The notes under the pieces are model-generated. The model searched no databases and had not been told where the DNA came from. It was given only the letters and a program-made list of their open reading frames with translations. Of a stretch of 64,000 bases of DNA, positions 61,389 to 64,000 are shown piece by piece (within the stretch, counting starts at the first letter, position 1; each line of letters starts with the position of its first letter). Made by a program: the position numbers and the translations under genes. Source of the stretch: an uncultured Actinomycetes bacterium (GTDB lineage: Bacteria > Actinomycetota > Actinomycetes > Nanopelagicales > Nanopelagicaceae); assembly GCA_937876245.1 (NCBI GenBank), contig CALEGP010000029.1, positions 44,678 through 108,677 on the forward strand, read 5' to 3'.

Positions 61389-62176
61389 CAGGCACCAAGT
61401 TTAGAATTCTCGCCGGAGTTATCAGAATGTCCTAAGTAAGCTTCGATCACTGCTGGGTTGCGTTTAACTTCATCATAATGGCCACTCGCAATTAATTTCC
61501 CAAAGTTTAAAACACTTACTTCATCAGAAATTTCGCGAACAAAATCCACATGGTGCTCAACAATCAATATCGAACATCGCCGCTTTAATTGTTTAATCAA
61601 AGCCGCAAGTGCATCTATCTCATCTTGTCCCAAGCCCGCGGCCGGTTCATCGAGTAAGAGCAATTTAGGATTAATAACTAATGCTCGAGCAAGGGCCACC
61701 CGTTTTGACTCTGGATAGCTCAGATCTGATGGCTTTTTATCTATGAAGGCTGAACCCCCAACCCAAGCAAGCGCCTCTTCAGCACGCTGCACTAAGCCAG
61801 CTTCAACTTTGCCAGAGAGTCCAAATATTTCTTTCATAAAATTTGGTTTGTAATTTTTATCTGCCCCAATGATCACATTTTGAATCACCGAAAGCTCTTT
61901 AAATAGCCCAACTCCTTGCAGAGTTCGAGTTATTCCAAGATCAACCAACTCGTGCGGCTTGGGAAATGGTCGGACTTTCCCTTCAAATTCGAAGGTTCCC
62001 GAATCGCTCTTCACAAGTCCTGAGATGCAATTAAAAAGCGTAGTTTTGCCAGCGCCATTAGGACCGATCAATCCAACAACACTATTCTTTTTAACTTCAA
62101 TTGAGACGTCGGAAAGCGCCGTAATTCCACCAAAAGATGCGGATAGATTTTTTAAAGAAAGAATCGTTTCACTCAC
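61388..62176 (-). CDS. livG: ABC transporter ATP-binding protein (LivG-like)
   Basis: Walker A GPNGAGKTT, LLLDEPAAGL, C-terminal LivG-type extension. The GTG start overlaps the alr stop (GTGA). Confidence 0.9.
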   Translation of the reverse strand: MSETILSLKNLSASFGGITALSDVSIEVKKNSVVGLIGPNGAGKTTLFNCISGLVKSDSGTFEFEGKVRPFPKPHELVDLGITRTLQGVGLFKELSVIQNVIIGADKNYKPNFMKEIFGLSGKVEAGLVQRAEEALAWVGGSAFIDKKPSDLSYPESKRVALARALVINPKLLLLDEPAAGLGQDEIDALAALIKQLKRRCSILIVEHHVDFVREISDEVSVLNFGKLIASGHYDEVKRNPAVIEAYLGHSDNSGENSKLGA

Positions 62177-63267
62177 AAGTAGATTCTAGACACTCGAGCA
62201 GCAATTCGTGTGACTATTTCATAATTAATCGTCCCTGCCGCAGTTGCCCATTCATCAATTGAATAACCCAGCGCGCCGAAAACTTCAACAATATCTCCCG
62301 GTTGGGCTTCTGAGTCCGGTCCAATATCAACAACAAATTGATCCATAGAAACTCGACCAATTATCGGAGCTCTAGATCCAGCAACAAAAACTCCCGCCTT
62401 GTTTGATGTGTTCCGCGGAATTCCGTCGGAATATCCCATCATAATAATCGCAAGTTTTGTATCTCGATTTGTAGTTTCAATGGCCCCATATCCAACTGAA
62501 GTCCCAGAATTAACTCGCTTAATTAAATGAATTTCGGCTTTCAATGTCATCGCCGGTTCTAGATCTAAACTATCTGAACCGCCCATTGTTTTTATGTCGG
62601 GGCTTAAGCCATACATGGCGATTCCGAGTCGAACTATATTCTTATGTGATTCGGGATTGTTTAACATTGCCGCTGAATTTGCAATGTGTAAGTATTTTGG
62701 ATGGATGCCGACCGAACGCAATTCTGCTAATCGATTCTCAAACTCGAAGAGTTGCCTCTCATTTGATATTTCCCCTGGCTCATCGGCTCTGGCAAAATGT
62801 GACCATAGGCCGATAACTTCAACTCCGGCACCTTTAACAGCGCTTAAAAATTCTTGCCATTCGCCCAGCAATCCCCCGCGAGTCATTCCAGTATCAACTT
62901 CGATATGAACTCTGGGTTTTTTCCCAAGCGCCTTACCGGCGGCAACGATCACTTCGAGATGTTTGAGGGAGGGAATTGAAAGATCAATATCTGCTGTGAT
63001 TGCGGCCGTAAAATCGGAGTTAGGTGGAGTTAACCAAGCAATTATTGGTGCCTTGATCCCACTCTCTCTTAGGGTGAGCGCTTCTTCAAGCAGCGCGACA
63101 CCCAACCAGCTCGCACCTGAATCAATTGCGCACTTTGCTATCGGTATCAGACCATGTCCATATGCATCTGCCTTAACTACGGCAAGAATCTCAGCGCTCG
63201 TTTTTTCCTTAACGGCCCTAATATTATTTGCAATAGCTTTCAAATTAATTTCGAGAAATGCCCGCAT
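62173..63267 (-). CDS. alr: Alanine racemase
   Basis: PLP-lysine motif AVVKADAYGHG; 364 aa. Confidence 0.9.
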   Translation of the reverse strand: MRAFLEINLKAIANNIRAVKEKTSAEILAVVKADAYGHGLIPIAKCAIDSGASWLGVALLEEALTLRESGIKAPIIAWLTPPNSDFTAAITADIDLSIPSLKHLEVIVAAGKALGKKPRVHIEVDTGMTRGGLLGEWQEFLSAVKGAGVEVIGLWSHFARADEPGEISNERQLFEFENRLAELRSVGIHPKYLHIANSAAMLNNPESHKNIVRLGIAMYGLSPDIKTMGGSDSLDLEPAMTLKAEIHLIKRVNSGTSVGYGAIETTNRDTKLAIIMMGYSDGIPRNTSNKAGVFVAGSRAPIIGRVSMDQFVVDIGPDSEAQPGDIVEVFGALGYSIDEWATAAGTINYEIVTRIAARVSRIYL

Positions 63268-63617
63268 TAATTTGCCTCAACAATCACCATTGCAGAAGCA
63301 ATCCCACCATCGTGCGAGAGCGTAAGGTGCACTGAATGACCTACAAGGCGCTTGGCCATTTCGCCGGTAAATAGGAAATTTGGCTTTCCGCTCTCTTCAT
63401 TTACTATCTCTGCTTCTTGCCAATTAAATGCTGACTTTGCATTTAGCGCTTTAGCTAGCGCCTCTTTTGCTGCAAATCGAGCGGCTAAGCTGGAGAGTTT
63501 CAATTTGGCTTCATTAGAAGTAAAAACTCGATTTAGTAGCCCTGGGGTTCGCTCCAACGATTCTTGAAAGCGATCAATGGCGACAACATCAATTCCAATA
63601 CCGATTATGTGAGCCAT
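63267..63617 (-). CDS. acpS: Holo-[acyl-carrier-protein] synthase
   Basis: 116 aa. [13 protein letters not shown] and [11 protein letters not shown] motifs. Confidence 0.9.
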   Translation of the reverse strand: MAHIIGIGIDVVAIDRFQESLERTPGLLNRVFTSNEAKLKLSSLAARFAAKEALAKALNAKSAFNWQEAEIVNEESGKPNFLFTGEMAKRLVGHSVHLTLSHDGGIASAMVIVEAN

Positions 63618-64000
63618 TATGAGGGTTGCTTATCTGATGGAATGAAACGATCTATTGCGATTATGGCAACGAGAAGCGCTCCGCCAATGAAAACCCCGCC
63701 GATTAAATCCGAAAACCAATGAGTGTTTCTGATTAATGACACCACACATACAGTCGCCGTGATCAAGCCAACAATGGGATAGAGCTTAAAACCCCTAAAT
63801 GGCGCCCGATCGGTATAACGGTAAATCAAGTATGCGAGCAGTCCCCAACTAATCAGTGCATTTGATGCGTGCCCACTTGGATAGGACATGCCATTAGCGT
63901 GCAACACATCGATATAGAGCCGAGGTTTGGTTCTGCCAATGACAATCTTTGAAACGCCAACAACTAGGTTGAGCGCAAGCAACGCAAGGATAGATAAATT
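63617..64000 (-). CDS. PAP2-family phosphatase, 3' part only (gene runs off the window)
   Basis: PSGH (SYPSGHAS) and HWFSD (SRxxxxxHxxxD-type) PAP2 motifs. The track start at 63982 is probably artefactual, because the KxxxxxxRP motif should lie upstream, beyond the window. Confidence 0.65.
   Translation of the reverse strand, partial: NLSILALLALNLVVGVSKIVIGRTKPRLYIDVLHANGMSYPSGHASNALISWGLLAYLIYRYTDRAPFRGFKLYPIVGLITATVCVVSLIRNTHWFSDLIGGVFIGGALLVAIIAIDRFIPSDKQPS

Overview
This window looks like a compact, gene-dense stretch of core chromosome from an AT-rich, genome-streamlined actinobacterium. The evidence for Actinobacteria is a WhiB regulator, DUF3107, DUF3117, DUF3017 and PerM-like proteins, and AccD5/AccE/AccA3. 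Gene order also matches several M. tuberculosis blocks: Rv3206c-3208A, Rv1201c-1232c, Rv3275c-3285, Rv0946-0957 and Rv3396c-3423c. The compactness and base composition suggest a freshwater acI/Nanopelagicales-type lineage, but this is judged by eye and not computed. Almost every base is coding. Genes are strung into long co-directional runs with 1-, 4- or 8-nt start/stop overlaps. Content is housekeeping: purine synthesis (purE/K/N/H, guaA/B), TCA enzymes (sucCD, mdh, icd), folD, acyl-CoA carboxylase, groES/EL with CIRCE, the t6A genes tsaD/B/E, alr, acpS, trpS, pepA, dapD, and several transporters. I saw no CRISPR array, transposase, integrase, phage gene, toxin-antitoxin pair, rRNA or tRNA, so I do not see a defence or mobile island here. 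Two real small genes fall below the ORF-track length cut-off and were recovered by reading other frames: DUF3117 (12011..12190) and the acyl-CoA carboxylase epsilon subunit (22057..22224). The observations most worth follow-up are: (1) a soluble MgtE-type N-domain+CBS sensor protein translationally coupled to an NRAMP-family permease whose metal-site residues match the Mg2+-type NRMT pattern rather than MntH; (2) a CarH/LitR-type B12 photoreceptor regulator with an intact Wx9EH motif, divergent from a whiB gene; (3) a Liv-type ABC importer plus a secreted alpha/beta-hydrolase-like protein inserted between alr and tsaE and start/stop-coupled to alr, with a 160-nt internal spacer; (4) domain-loss variants, namely a GuaB without its Bateman/CBS domain, an aldehyde dehydrogenase paralog missing its catalytic domain, and a stand-alone sigma region-4 peptide. 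All functional calls rest on motif recognition from the translations. No database search was run.
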